Below are positions 39,668-50,023 of a stretch of DNA of 50,023 nt, in pieces. The notes under the pieces are model-generated. The model was given only the letters and a program-made list of their open reading frames with translations, did no database searches and had not been told where the DNA came from. Position 1 is the first letter of the stretch. The number at the start of each line of letters is the position of its first letter. Origin of the DNA: an uncultured Tissierella sp. (GTDB taxonomy: Bacteria; Bacillota; Clostridia; Tissierellales; Tissierellaceae). The stretch lies in contig CAZIMA010000001.1 in assembly GCA_964540195.1 (NCBI GenBank), forward strand, positions 1-50,023, in the 5' to 3' direction. The translations under genes and the position numbers were made by a program.

Positions 39668-40993
39668 ATGGATTTATTTACATTATCCATGGAAGATAAA
39701 CTTAAGAGAAATGCACCCCTTGCTGATAGAATGAGACCGGAGTCCTTAAGTGAATTCGTAGGACAAGACCATATAATAGGTGAAGGAAAATTTTTAAATA
39801 GGTCCATAATGGCCGATAGGATCACATCCATGATCTTCTATGGTCCACCGGGAACGGGTAAGACCACTTTGGCAAGGATTATTGCCAATACAACTAAGAT
39901 GAGATTTGAAAAACTGTCTGCCGTTACATCAGGAGTTAAGGACATCAGGGAAGTAATGACAAGGGCTGAAGAAAATCTCAAGCTCTATAACAAGAGGACC
40001 ATCCTCTTTATAGATGAAATCCATAGATTTAACAAGGCCCAACAAGATGCCCTGCTTCCCTTCGTTGAAAGGGGAATAATCATCCTTATAGGAGCCACTA
40101 CAGAGAATCCTTATTTTGAGGTGAATAAGGCCCTCTTATCCAGGGCCATGGTTTTAGTGTTAGAAAGTTTAAACCGAAAGGATTTAAAGGCTCTTATAAG
40201 TCGGGCCTTAAATGACAAGGAAAAAGGCTTGGGAAATTATAGGGTAGAATTAAGCCAAGAAGCAGAAGACTACCTCTTAACCATAGCAGAAGGGGACGGA
40301 AGGACCCTGCTTAATTCCTTGGAAATTGGAGTCTTGTCAAGTCCTGAAGATGAAAATGGTATAATATATTTGGATTTGGATAAGATAAAGGAATCTATAC
40401 AGGTAAAAACTGCAAAATACGATAAGGGTGGAGATGAGCATTATGATACGATTTCTGCCTTTATTAAGAGCATGAGGGGGTCAGATCCAGATGCAACCAT
40501 TTATTGGCTAGCAAAGATGATTAATGCCGGAGAGGACCCTAAGTTTATAGCCAGGAGGATAATCATAGCAGCATCGGAAGATGTGGGAAATGCAGACCCC
40601 AATGCCCTAACAGTGGCAGTTGCAGCTTTCGACGCAGTCAATACGGTTGGAATGCCTGAAGGGAGGATTCCCTTAGCCCAGGCAGCCACATATGTAGCCT
40701 GTGCTCCTAAAAGCAATAGGGCCTATCTGGCCATAAATAAGGCCTTGGATGATATCAGGTCCAAGGAAATCGGCAAAGTACCCCAACACCTAAGGTCCAC
40801 ATCCTATGCTGGTGCTGAAAGGCTGGGTAACGGTAAAGGCTATAAGTATCCCCATGACTATAAGGAAGGCTATGTAGCCCAGGAATACCTTCCCCAAGAA
40901 TTTAGGGGGAAAAAATATTACCAGCCATCGGACCATGGCTATGAAAAGGAAATAAAGGAAAGATTAGCACAATTTATTGACAAGGAAGAATAA
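39668..40993 (+). CDS. rarA: replication-associated recombination protein A (MgsA)
   Basis: [54 protein letters not shown]. Confidence 0.97.
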   Translation: MDLFTLSMEDKLKRNAPLADRMRPESLSEFVGQDHIIGEGKFLNRSIMADRITSMIFYGPPGTGKTTLARIIANTTKMRFEKLSAVTSGVKDIREVMTRAEENLKLYNKRTILFIDEIHRFNKAQQDALLPFVERGIIILIGATTENPYFEVNKALLSRAMVLVLESLNRKDLKALISRALNDKEKGLGNYRVELSQEAEDYLLTIAEGDGRTLLNSLEIGVLSSPEDENGIIYLDLDKIKESIQVKTAKYDKGGDEHYDTISAFIKSMRGSDPDATIYWLAKMINAGEDPKFIARRIIIAASEDVGNADPNALTVAVAAFDAVNTVGMPEGRIPLAQAATYVACAPKSNRAYLAINKALDDIRSKEIGKVPQHLRSTSYAGAERLGNGKGYKYPHDYKEGYVAQEYLPQEFRGKKYYQPSDHGYEKEIKERLAQFIDKEE

Positions 40994-41005
40994 AATTCAT
41001 ATAAT
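40977..41005 (+). promoter_or_regulatory. consensus SigA promoter for the asnS leader (overlaps rarA 3' end)
   Basis: TTGACA-N17-TATAAT. Confidence 0.85.
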
Positions 41006-41034
41006 GAGGTTAAATGAGTTTACTAACTAAATAA

Positions 41035-41262
41035 CCATAACATTGAGGGGAAGAGTATATATAAGAACTGGTTAAAGGGAGCTGATAAGAGTGAAACATC
41101 AGCACTAAGCTTATATAGAAGAACAGCCCTAAGTTTCTAAGCTGAAATAAATTAGGCTTAGACGCCCTTCCACGTTACGGAAAAAAGTGGCAAGAGCAAT
41201 TAGGGTGGTACCGCGGAAGATAACCTTTCGTCCTGACAGATATTAGGATGAAAGGTTTTTTT
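41035..41262 (+). ncRNA. T-box riboswitch (Asn specifier AAC)
   Basis: Stem I with GGGA/GTGAAA distal motifs; GAAG-AAC specifier at 41122-41124; AATTAGGGTGGTACCGCG T-box at 41198-41215; terminator AACCTTTCGTCCT..AGGATGAAAGGTTTTT. Confidence 0.92.
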
Positions 41263-41299
41263 ATGACCTAACCCATGAGAAATAAATAGGAGTGATAAG

Positions 41300-42688
41300 A
41301 TGAAAGCAAGTATTAAAGAAATCTACAAGGACAGTTCAAAATACCTAGACCAAGAAATCACCGTAGAAGGCTGGATAAGAACCTCCAGGTCCTCAAAATC
41401 ATTCGGTTTTATAGAATTAAACGATGGAACATTTTTTAAGAACCTACAAATAGTATATGACGATTCAATGGAAAACTTTAAGGAAATTGAAAAATATCCC
41501 CTAAGTTCAGCCCTAATAATCAGGGGAACACTGCTAGCAACTCCTGAAGCAAAACAGGATTTTGAACTAAAGGCATCGGAGATAATAGTAGAAGGCCTTT
41601 CAACACAAGACTATCCATTGCAGAAAAAAAGACATACACTAGAATACCTAAGAACTATAGCTCACTTAAGACCAAGGACTAATACCCTAAATGCAGTATT
41701 TAGAGTAAGGTCCTTAACAGCATATGCAATTCATAAATTCTTCCAAGATAGGGGATTTGTATATGTTCATACACCAATTATAACTGCCAGTGATGCAGAA
41801 GGTGCAGGAGAGATGTTTAGGGTAACTACCCTAGATTTAGCAAATCCTCCTAAGACTGAAGAAGGAAAGATAGATAATAAAGAGGACTTCTTCTCCAAGG
41901 AAACAAACCTAACTGTAAGCGGTCAGTTGGAAGGTGAAGCCTTTGCTATGGCATTTAAGAACATATATACCTTCGGGCCTACCTTTAGGGCAGAAAACTC
42001 CAATACAGCAAGACATGCTGCTGAATTCTGGATGATAGAGCCGGAGATAGCTTTTGCAGACCTTAAGGACAATATGAGACTTGCAGAAGATATGTTAAAA
42101 TACATTATTAAGTACGTAATGGACAATGCTAAGGAAGAGATGGAGTTCTTCAACAATTTCATAGATAAGGGTCTAATTGAGAGACTAAAAAACGTAGTGA
42201 ATTCAGAATTCGGAGTAGTGACCTATACTGAAGCCGTAGAGAAACTTAAGGCATCGGGACAAAAATTCCAATATCCTGTTGAGTGGGGTATAGACTTGCA
42301 GACCGAGCATGAAAGATACCTAACGGAAGAATTATATAAGAAGCCTGTATTCGTAATCAATTATCCTAAGGAAATCAAGGCCTTCTATATGAGAGTCAAC
42401 GAGGATGATAAAACCGTTGCTGCCATGGACCTACTGGTACCTGGCATCGGGGAAATAATAGGTGGAAGCCAAAGGGAAGAAAGACTGGACGTTCTAGAGC
42501 AAAAGATTATAGACAACGGTATGGAGCCTGAAGACTACTGGTGGTATTTAGAGTTAAGAAAATTTGGTGGAACAAAACATGCAGGCTACGGCCTTGGCTT
42601 CGAAAGAGCCATTATGTATATGACTGGAATCTCCAACATCAGAGACGTGATTCCTTTCCCAAGAACCGTTGGATCTGCTGAATTTTAA
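41300..42688 (+). CDS. asnS: asparagine--tRNA ligase
   Basis: [56 protein letters not shown]. Confidence 0.98.
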   Translation: MKASIKEIYKDSSKYLDQEITVEGWIRTSRSSKSFGFIELNDGTFFKNLQIVYDDSMENFKEIEKYPLSSALIIRGTLLATPEAKQDFELKASEIIVEGLSTQDYPLQKKRHTLEYLRTIAHLRPRTNTLNAVFRVRSLTAYAIHKFFQDRGFVYVHTPIITASDAEGAGEMFRVTTLDLANPPKTEEGKIDNKEDFFSKETNLTVSGQLEGEAFAMAFKNIYTFGPTFRAENSNTARHAAEFWMIEPEIAFADLKDNMRLAEDMLKYIIKYVMDNAKEEMEFFNNFIDKGLIERLKNVVNSEFGVVTYTEAVEKLKASGQKFQYPVEWGIDLQTEHERYLTEELYKKPVFVINYPKEIKAFYMRVNEDDKTVAAMDLLVPGIGEIIGGSQREERLDVLEQKIIDNGMEPEDYWWYLELRKFGGTKHAGYGLGFERAIMYMTGISNIRDVIPFPRTVGSAEF

Positions 42689-42703
42689 TCAGATATTTAA
42701 ATA

Positions 42704-42732
42704 TTGATTAAAATCTTGTAATTTGCTATAAT
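42704..42732 (+). promoter_or_regulatory. SigA promoter with extended -10 for the leuS leader
   Basis: TTGATT-N17-TATAAT with TG motif. Confidence 0.75.
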
Positions 42733-42744
42733 GTAGATTAAAAT

Positions 42745-42959
42745 TAGAAACATTGAAGAGAAGTAGTAGGTAAAATATCGATTTTAGAGAGCTGTTGGCT
42801 GGTGAAAAACAGTATTGATATCCACTGAACTCGTCTCGGAGTTATTAGAGCAAAACTCTAATCGGTAGATGCCGTTATTATCATAAAGTGGATTTTCAAA
42901 AAGAGTGGTACCGCGGATTAACCCTTCGTCTCTATATTAGGCGAGGGGTTTTATTTTTT
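42745..42959 (+). ncRNA. T-box riboswitch (Leu specifier CUC)
   Basis: AGAGA/GGTGAAA distal motifs; GAA-CTC specifier at 42830-42832; AAGAGTGGTACCGCG at 42901-42915; terminator AACCCTTCGTC..GGCGAGGGGTTTT. Confidence 0.92.
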
Positions 42960-42973
42960 GAGGAGGTTAGTTT

Positions 42974-45344
42974 ATGAGAGACTATATGCCAAATGAAATT
43001 GAAAAAAAGTGGCAAGAGATATGGGAAGAAAAAGAGCCCTTTAAGGCTTCAAATCATAGTGACAAGCCAAAATTCTATGCCCTGGTTGAATTCCCTTATC
43101 CATCAGGAGAGGGTTTGCACGTAGGTCATCCAAGACCCTATACAGCCCTTGATATCGTATCAAGAAAAAGAAGGTTGGAGGGGTATAATGTCTTATTTCC
43201 AATGGGATGGGATGCCTTTGGCTTGCCAACCGAGAACTTTGCAATAAAGAATAAGATCCATCCAAGAATAGTAACTGAAAGAAACGTAGCCAGGTTTAAA
43301 AACCAGCTTCAGTCCATAGGTTTTTCCTTTGACTGGTCAAGGGAGATTAACACTACTGATCCCGACTACTATAAGTGGACCCAATGGATTTTCTTAAAAC
43401 TTTACGAAAAGGGCTTGTAAAATCGGCTTGGCCAATGAAGAAGTAGTAGGTGGAAATTGTGAAAGATGCGGTGGAGAGGTCCATAGGAAGGTTAAGAACC
43501 AATGGATGCTAAAGATTACCGAATATGCTGAAAGACTTATTAATGACTTAGACCTTGTAGACTATATAGAGAGGGTAAAAATCCAACAAAAGAACTGGAT
43601 CGGTAAGTCCGAAGGTATGGAGTTGGACTTTAAAATCAACAATGGAGAAGATAAGCTAAGGGTATTTACCACTAGACCTGACACCATCTTCGGTGCAACC
43701 TATATGGTAATTGCAGCAGAGCACCCTTATATAGACAAGTATAAGGATAAAATTGAAAATATAGAAGAAGTTCTTCATTATAGGGAAGAGGCAGGGAAGA
43801 AGTCCGATTTTGAAAGAACAGAGCTTTCTAAGGATAAGACAGGTGTAGAACTTAAGGGTCTTAGGGCTATTAATCCGGCTACAGGTAAGGAAATTCCAAT
43901 ATGGGTTTCTGACTATGTATTGATTACCTATGGTACAGGGGCTATTATGGCAGTACCTGGACATGACCAAAGAGACTGGGACTTTGCAAGTAAATTCAAG
44001 CTTCCGATTATCGAGGTAATAAAAGGTGGAGACGTAAGTAAGGAAGCCTATAGCGATACGGATTCAGGAGAAATGGTAAATTCCGGCTTCCTAGACGGTA
44101 TGGATGTAAAAGAGGCCATAGAAGCCATATCTACTAGATTAGAAGAAGAAGGCCTTGGCAGCAAGAGGGTAAACTATAAATTACGTGACTGGGTATTCTC
44201 AAGACAGAGATATTGGGGAGAGCCTATTCCATTGATCTATTGTGAGGATTGTGGTTGGGTACCTGTTCCGGAAGAAGACTTACCATTGATGCTACCGGAT
44301 GTAGACAATTATGAGCCAACTGATTCAGGAGAATCACCCTTGGCTAATATCCATGATTGGGTCCATACTACCTGTCCAAAATGCGGTAAAGATGGCCGTA
44401 GGGAAACGGATACTATGCCTCAATGGGCCGGTTCATCCTGGTATTTCTTAAGATATATAGACCCTGAAAACCATGATGCCCTTGCTTCAAAGGAATCTTT
44501 AGATTATTGGATGCCTGTTGACTGGTACAATGGAGGAATGGAGCATACTACCCTTCACCTCCTATATTCTAGATTCTGGCACAAGTTCCTTTATGACTAC
44601 GGCATAGTAGGTGGACCGGAGCCATATGCTAAGAGAACTTCCCATGGTATGATCCTGGGGGACAACAATGAAAAGATGTCCAAATCAAGAGGAAATGTAG
44701 TAAATCCTGATGATATAGTTAGGGATTACGGAGCAGATACCTTAAGAACATATGAGATGTTTATCGGTGACTTTGAAAAGAGTGTGCCTTGGTCAGAAAA
44801 CGGAGTAAAGGGTTGTAGAAGGTTCCTGGATAGAGTATGGAGACTTCAAGATATACTAGTAGATGGAGGAGGCTATACTAAAGAACTTGAATCCAATATC
44901 CACAAGACTATTAAAAAGGTATCCGATGACTTCGAAAACCTTAAGTATAATACGGGTATAGCTGCTATGATGGCCTTGGTCAATGATTTCAGTGCCCATG
45001 GCAAGGTTACAAGGAAAGACCTTGAAAGCCTGTTGATCCTCCTAAATCCAGTAGCTCCACATATAACTGAGGAATTATGGCAGTTAATCGGGTGTCCAGG
45101 GTATTTATTCAATACTTCCTGGCCTAAGTATGATGAAGCCAAGACCAAGGATGATGTTATAGAAATGCCTATCCAGGTCAACGGAAAGGTAAGGGGCAAG
45201 GTAACCATAAATGTGGACGATAGCCAAGACGCCGTAAGGGAAAAAGCCCTTCAAGATGAAGGAATAGCTAAGTTCATAGGAGATAAGACCATAGTCAAAG
45301 AAATCTTTGTAATGGGTAAGATTTACAATATAGTAGTAAAATAA
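42974..45344 (+). pseudogene. leuS: leucine--tRNA ligase interrupted by an apparent ~41-bp frameshifting deletion (ORFs 42974-43420 and ~43416-45344)
   Basis: HVGH and GWDAFGLP in the first ORF; editing domain ([16 protein letters not shown]), SRQRYWG and KMSKS in the second; junction GGC TTG TAA / TGT AAA ATC GGC TTG. Confidence 0.85.
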
Positions 45345-45352
45345 CCAGGTGC

Positions 45353-45394
45353 AGAGTAAGGGGGTGCCTTTAAAGGCCCACCTCCTTACTTTAT
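45353..45394 (+). terminator. stem-loop/terminator after leuS
   Basis: AGAGTAAGGGGGTG..CACCTCCTTACTTT with inner CCTTTAAAGG. Confidence 0.7.
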
Positions 45395-45449
45395 TAAAGT
45401 ATTTCCCCATATTGGAGGTAGTAATGAGTAAAATAAAGATATGTATTAG

Positions 45450-45480
45450 TGGGACAATAGGGACAGGACTTGCTGTCCCA
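45450..45480. repeat. REP-like palindrome of related architecture
   Basis: TGGGACAATAGGGACAGGACTTGCTGTCCCA; outer stem TGGGACA/TGTCCCA. Confidence 0.5.
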
Positions 45481-45554
45481 GTTTTCTGGTTTTTAATACA
45501 ATTTGAAACCTATTTATATGAATGTAATTCTCAAAACTAAAGAGGAGTGATATT

Positions 45555-46889
45555 GTGAACAAGAAATATGAAACTAAGCTTTGGGGAGGTCGCTTTAGAC
45601 AGGACGAAGATAAGTTAATGGAAGACTTTCAAAATAATTTTTCCCAAACCCTTTTCTTACTTCATTCCGATATTATAGGAAGTAAGGCCCATGTAAAAAT
45701 GCTGTCCAAATGTGGAATCATAAGCCAAGAAGAAGGGTCTATCCTTCTAAAGGGCTTGGAGGCAATTGAAGAAGACCTTTTAGGAGCTAAGCTTGAAATT
45801 CTAGGGGACTATGAAGATGTTCATACTTACGTGGAACTGGAACTCCTAAGTCGTGTAGGAGAAGTGGCAAAGAAGTTACATACTGCCCGTAGTAGAAATG
45901 ACCAGGTTAATCTAGATGCCAAGCTCTATGTAAGGGAGCAGCTGGGAGTAGTAATGGAATCCCTGGCCCGACTCATTTCATCCTTAAAGAAAACAGCCGA
46001 TGAAAATCCATGGATAATGCCGGGCTATACCCACCTTCAAAGAGCGCAGGTAGTAACCTTTAAATACCACCTAATGGCATACCACTCCATGTTTGGGAGA
46101 GACTATAGACGTCTTAAGGATGCAAAAGACTCCTTGATTGAGTCTCCATTAGGATGTGGAGCCTTGGCAGGAACCACCCATGAAATCGATAGACAATACT
46201 CAGCTGAATTGCTTGGTTTCAAAACTGTATATGCAAACTTTATGGACGGAGTGTCCGACAGGGACTTTATACTGGAGGCTATGGGAGCATTTAGCATCCT
46301 TATGATGCACCTTTCCAGATTATCAGAGGAGCTATGCCTATGGACCAGTGCTGAATTTGGATTTGTGACCCTTGATGATAGATATACTACAGGCTCATCA
46401 ATTATGCCGCAGAAGAAAAATCCGGATGCAGCCGAGCTGGTAAGAGGTAAAACAGGTAGGGTCTATGGAAACCTTATGGGACTCTTAACCGTAATGAAGG
46501 GCCTTCCTTTGGCCTATAACAAGGATATGCAAGAGGACAAGGAATACTTCCAAGATAGCCTTACAACTACAATAATGTGCATAGACATTATGGAAAGAAT
46601 GATTGCAACCCTAAAAGCAAGACCTGAAAATATGAAAAAGGCAGTTAAGAAGGGATTCCTAAACGCTACAGAAGTAGCCGACTACCTGGTAAAAAAAGGG
46701 GTAGCCTTTAGAGAAGCCCATTCCATAGTAGGCCAAATAGTAATCTTCGCCGAAGACCATGAAAAGGCCATAGAAGACCTAAGCCTAGAAGAATTACTAA
46801 AATTCTCAGGAGTATTCGATGAAGAAATCTATTCCTATATCGACTATGAAAACATACTGAAAAAGGGAAACAAGAAGGAAATGCTTTAG
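45555..46889 (+). CDS. argH: argininosuccinate lyase
   Basis: KLWGGRF, HTARSRNDQ, MPGYTHLQRAQ, GSSIMPQKKNPD, LPLAYNKDMQEDK. Confidence 0.9.
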   Translation: MNKKYETKLWGGRFRQDEDKLMEDFQNNFSQTLFLLHSDIIGSKAHVKMLSKCGIISQEEGSILLKGLEAIEEDLLGAKLEILGDYEDVHTYVELELLSRVGEVAKKLHTARSRNDQVNLDAKLYVREQLGVVMESLARLISSLKKTADENPWIMPGYTHLQRAQVVTFKYHLMAYHSMFGRDYRRLKDAKDSLIESPLGCGALAGTTHEIDRQYSAELLGFKTVYANFMDGVSDRDFILEAMGAFSILMMHLSRLSEELCLWTSAEFGFVTLDDRYTTGSSIMPQKKNPDAAELVRGKTGRVYGNLMGLLTVMKGLPLAYNKDMQEDKEYFQDSLTTTIMCIDIMERMIATLKARPENMKKAVKKGFLNATEVADYLVKKGVAFREAHSIVGQIVIFAEDHEKAIEDLSLEELLKFSGVFDEEIYSYIDYENILKKGNKKEML

Positions 46890-46924
46890 GCAAAAAACAA
46901 AAAAATAGAAAAGAGGAGAAAAAA

Positions 46925-47788
46925 ATGAAAAAAATAATTTTAGCACTAGTATTAGCAATGACTCTAGCAGTATTTACAGGATGTAGTTCCAAGCAAGCAC
47001 CGGAAACTCCGGCAGAAACTCCAGCAGAAACACCACAAGAAGCTCCAGCACAACCATCAGATGAGGCCGGAGCAAAGCCATTAGAAGGAAAACATTTAAA
47101 AGTAGCTATGAGTGCAAACTACAAGTATTTTGAGACTGTAACCATAGATGCAAATGGTAAGGAAGTATATGAAGGATTGGATATAGATATATTGGATAAG
47201 ATGTCAGAAGACCTAGGATTTACTTACGAGATAATCAATATGCCATTTGCCAGCCTTATTGGGTCCCTTCAATCAAACCAAGCTGATTTCGTTATTTCAG
47301 GAATGAGCTACACAGATGAACGTGCACAAAGTATTGACTTCTCCAACAAGTATGCAACTGCGAAAGTAGGGGTAATAATCCCTAAAGGGTCAAATATCAG
47401 CTCTATAGCAGATTTAAACGGCAAGAAAGTAGCTTGTAGTGCAGGAACAAACTATGAGCAAATAATTAAATCCATCGAAGGTGCAGAGCTTGTTACTTTT
47501 GATGGTCAAGCAGCAGTAACACAAGAACTAATAATGGGCCGTGTGGATGCAGCTATAACTGGTGGAACAGCAAGTAAGAAGGTTACAGAAGAAAATGAAG
47601 GACTATCTTTCTTTTTAATGGATGCAAGTGAAACGGACCTTGCCCTAGACACTTACAATATAGCCTTCCCTAAGGGAAGTGACCTTGTGCCTGTAATCAA
47701 CGATGAAATCGCTAAATTAGAAGAAGATGGTACCTTAAATGCCCTTATTACTAAATGGTTAGGAGCAGAGTATGTAGATGCCAAGTAG
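46925..47788 (+). CDS. polar amino-acid ABC transporter substrate-binding lipoprotein
   Basis: Lipobox VFTGC, PAET-repeat linker, GLDID, ISGMSYTDERAQSIDFS. Confidence 0.92.
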   Translation: MKKIILALVLAMTLAVFTGCSSKQAPETPAETPAETPQEAPAQPSDEAGAKPLEGKHLKVAMSANYKYFETVTIDANGKEVYEGLDIDILDKMSEDLGFTYEIINMPFASLIGSLQSNQADFVISGMSYTDERAQSIDFSNKYATAKVGVIIPKGSNISSIADLNGKKVACSAGTNYEQIIKSIEGAELVTFDGQAAVTQELIMGRVDAAITGGTASKKVTEENEGLSFFLMDASETDLALDTYNIAFPKGSDLVPVINDEIAKLEEDGTLNALITKWLGAEYVDAK

Positions 47789-47831
47789 TTGCTATGCAAT
47801 TACCTTTGATATTTAAAAGTAGTAATTACAC

Positions 47832-47865
47832 AAGCTGTAGGATCTGCTAAAGGTTCTACAGCTTT
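47832..47865 (+). other. intercistronic stem-loop after the binding-protein gene (possible mRNA stabiliser or attenuator)
   Basis: AAGCTGTAGGATCT-gctaa-AGGTTCTACAGCTTT. Confidence 0.55.
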
Positions 47866-47881
47866 AAATCAGTTTAGAGAG

Positions 47882-48562
47882 GTGAATAAATTGCAACTAG
47901 ATTTCAGCATCATGATCAAATATATACCCTACCTATATAGGGCAACAATAATTACAATACAAGTAACTGCAGTATCCCTAATTCTTGGAATAATAATATC
48001 CATACCCCTGTCCTTAATGAAATTATCCAGGTTTAAGATACTCCAAGCTATGAGTGGCTTCTATACCTCAGTCTTTCGTGGAGTGCCTTTATTGGTTCAG
48101 GTATTTATGGTTTACTTTGGCTTGCCCCAACTATTTCCTGCCTTAAAGGAATTAAGCAATTTTCAACTTGGAAGCATTACCTTTGCCTTCAACTCGGCAG
48201 CCTATATATCCGAAAGCTTGCGTGGAGGAATAAGGGCAGTAGATATAGGTCAGAAAGAAGCAGCCATGGCCCTTGGAGTACCTTATGGAAGTACCATAAA
48301 GGATATCATCTTTCCCCAGGCTATTAAAAGCGTCTTGCCAAGCTTGGTAAATGAATTTATAGGCCTATTAAAGAATACAACCCTAATATCTACCATAGGA
48401 GTAGTAGAATTGCTTAGGGCAGGCCAGATGATAGTATCGGATACTTACCGTGCATTTGAGCCCTATGCAGTAATCTCAATATACTATTATATAATGGTAA
48501 TGGTATTGACCTTATTAGGCTCATGGATGGAAAGGAGGGTAAACAGAAGTGATAAGCGTTAA
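47882..48562 (+). CDS. polar amino-acid ABC transporter permease
   Basis: [39 protein letters not shown]. Confidence 0.95.
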   Translation: MNKLQLDFSIMIKYIPYLYRATIITIQVTAVSLILGIIISIPLSLMKLSRFKILQAMSGFYTSVFRGVPLLVQVFMVYFGLPQLFPALKELSNFQLGSITFAFNSAAYISESLRGGIRAVDIGQKEAAMALGVPYGSTIKDIIFPQAIKSVLPSLVNEFIGLLKNTTLISTIGVVELLRAGQMIVSDTYRAFEPYAVISIYYYIMVMVLTLLGSWMERRVNRSDKR

Positions 48563-49271
48563 GAATGTTTGGAAGAGTTTTAAGACCCTTGAGGTCCTAA
48601 AAAATATATCCCTTGAAATAGAAAAGGGTGAAATTGTAGCCATAATAGGCCCATCAGGCAGCGGAAAGTCTACCTTGCTCAGGTGTATGAACCTATTGGA
48701 AACACCCTCAAAGGGCAATATCTTAATAGATGGTGTAGATATAACTAACAAGAAGGCGGACATAATGGAAATCAGACAAAAGGTAGGAATGGTATTCCAA
48801 CACTTTAACCTATTTCCCCATATGACCGTAATGGGTAATATGACCTATGCCCCTATGAAGGTAAAGAAAAAGACCAAGGCAGAAGCAGAAGCTAAGGCTA
48901 TGGACCTCTTAAAACAAGTAGGCCTATGGGACAAGGCCATGGTTTACCCTGCAACCCTATCCGGCGGACAAAAACAACGAGTAGCCATTGCCAGGGCCCT
49001 AGCCATGGACCCGGAAGTCATCCTTTTCGATGAACCCACAAGTGCCTTGGACCCGGAAATGGTCAAGGAAGTCCTAAACGTAATAAAGGGCCTGGCAGGA
49101 ACCGGCATCACCATGGTCCTGGTAACCCATGAAATGGGCTTTGCAAGAGAAGTAGCCGACCGTATCTGCTTCCTGGATGAAGGAAACCTAATAGAAGACG
49201 CCCCACCAAAAATCTTCTTCTCATCCCCAAAAACAGATAGGGCTAAGGAGTTCTTGGAAAAGGTAATGTAG
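48549..49271 (+). CDS. polar amino-acid ABC transporter ATP-binding protein
   Basis: [43 protein letters not shown]. Confidence 0.96.
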   Translation: MISVKNVWKSFKTLEVLKNISLEIEKGEIVAIIGPSGSGKSTLLRCMNLLETPSKGNILIDGVDITNKKADIMEIRQKVGMVFQHFNLFPHMTVMGNMTYAPMKVKKKTKAEAEAKAMDLLKQVGLWDKAMVYPATLSGGQKQRVAIARALAMDPEVILFDEPTSALDPEMVKEVLNVIKGLAGTGITMVLVTHEMGFAREVADRICFLDEGNLIEDAPPKIFFSSPKTDRAKEFLEKVM

Positions 49272-49272
49272 T

Positions 49273-49307
49273 AAGGAACAAAAGGAACCGACCCCTTTGT
49301 TCCTAAA
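49273..49307 (+). repeat. REP-like palindromic repeat, copy 3
   Basis: AAGGAACAAAAGGAACCGACCCCTTTGTTCCTAAA. Confidence 0.85.
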
Positions 49308-49352
49308 ATGGGATGTTTTAGCCGTGTAAATCGCTAAAACATCCCATTTTTT
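49305..49352 (+). terminator. intrinsic terminator of the argH-ABC operon
   Basis: 18-bp perfect inverted repeat AAAATGGGATGTTTTAGC / GCTAAAACATCCCATTTT. Confidence 0.8.
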
Positions 49353-49426
49353 CTACTTTCCATATGTAAATTTTTGAAACTTTATGATATACTATAGACG
49401 AACAAATAAATGGAGGTGCCACTAAA

Positions 49427-50023
49427 ATGAGGAAGATATTAGTAACAGGTGCTCTTGGTCAAATAGGCTCGGAATTAACAAGCAAGCTAAGGGAAATATA
49501 CGGGTCAGACAATATAATCGCCAGCAATAGGAGGATTAAGGAAGGCCACGAAGAACTGATTCAATCCGGACCCTTTGAAATCGTTAACATCAACGATATG
49601 AAACAATTAACAGAAGTAATAAACAAGCACCAAGTAAATACTGTTATAAATCTGGCTGCTATCCTTTCTGCCGTAGGAGAAAAGGACCCCACGGCTTGTT
49701 GGGATGTAAATATGAACGGCCTCTACAATATATTGGAAATCGGAAGAGAAAAGAGTATGTCCATATTCAACCCTAGTTCAATAGCTGCCTTTGGCCCCAC
49801 AACACCACCTGATAATACGCCTCAGGATACAATTCAAAGGCCTACCACTATGTATGGGGTAACTAAGGTGGCAGGAGAATTATTATGTGATTACTATTTC
49901 CAAAGATTTGGACTGGATACAAGGGGAGTAAGGTTCCCGGGCCTGATATCCTATGAAACCCTTCCCGGTGGAGGAACTACGGATTATGCAGTACACATCT
50001 ACTATGATGCATTAAAACACCAT
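49427..50023 (+). CDS. L-threonine 3-dehydrogenase, SDR/epimerase family (3'-truncated by window; not in ORF track)
   Basis: RBS GGAGGTG; MRKILVTGALGQIGSEL, LAAILSAVGE, PSSIAAFG, MYGVTK, PGGGTTDYAV. Confidence 0.88.
   Translation, partial: MRKILVTGALGQIGSELTSKLREIYGSDNIIASNRRIKEGHEELIQSGPFEIVNINDMKQLTEVINKHQVNTVINLAAILSAVGEKDPTACWDVNMNGLYNILEIGREKSMSIFNPSSIAAFGPTTPPDNTPQDTIQRPTTMYGVTKVAGELLCDYYFQRFGLDTRGVRFPGLISYETLPGGGTTDYAVHIYYDALKHH

Noticed and set aside
43412-43421. prfB-like programmed +1 frameshift in leuS
   Set aside because: A TTG to TGT shift gives no tRNA re-pairing, and the product would still lack about 13 conserved residues
45500-45535. ArgR box upstream of argH (TGAATGTAATTCT)
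   Set aside because: Spacing and second half-site do not fit TGAAT-N4-ATTCA; too weak in AT-rich DNA
46995-47060. PAET-type repeats in the binding protein
   Set aside because: Ordinary flexible lipoprotein tether
903-48763. Numerous antisense or overlapping short ORFs in the track (e.g. 3836-4303, 15069-15638, 26102-26611, 34756-35274, 36471-36974)
   Set aside because: Shadows of well-supported genes on the opposite strand; no recognisable motifs
11741-49307. CRISPR array from the 35-bp repeat
   Set aside because: Copies are kilobases apart and in mixed orientation, with no spacers or cas genes

Overview
Core-chromosome window from an AT-rich endospore-forming anaerobe (Clostridia/Tissierellia-like, inferred from gene content and order). 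It holds the end of spoIIA (spoIIAB-sigF), spoVAA-AB-AC-AD-AE, a class A PBP, hflX-yigZ, yebC, pduL-deoC, ymfF/ymfH-lgt, the dcw cluster (mraZ to ftsZ, with no ftsA or murF), spoIIGA-sigE-sigG-ylmC-nrdR, rarA, T-box-controlled asnS and leuS, argH with a polar amino-acid ABC transporter, and a partial threonine dehydrogenase. I saw no phage, transposase, CRISPR or rRNA/tRNA. The strongest anomalies are: (1) leuS is broken by an apparent ~41-bp frameshifting deletion at 43415-43420; (2) a ~420-bp nested inverted-repeat element at 15954-16369 contains a 210-nt strand-asymmetric rod hairpin; (3) a near-identical 35-bp REP-like palindrome occurs three times across 37 kb; (4) several small unannotated ORFs sit behind sporulation-type promoters; (5) a membrane-anchored, apparently inactive Mrr-like protein. 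None of these is proven to be a new system from sequence alone.
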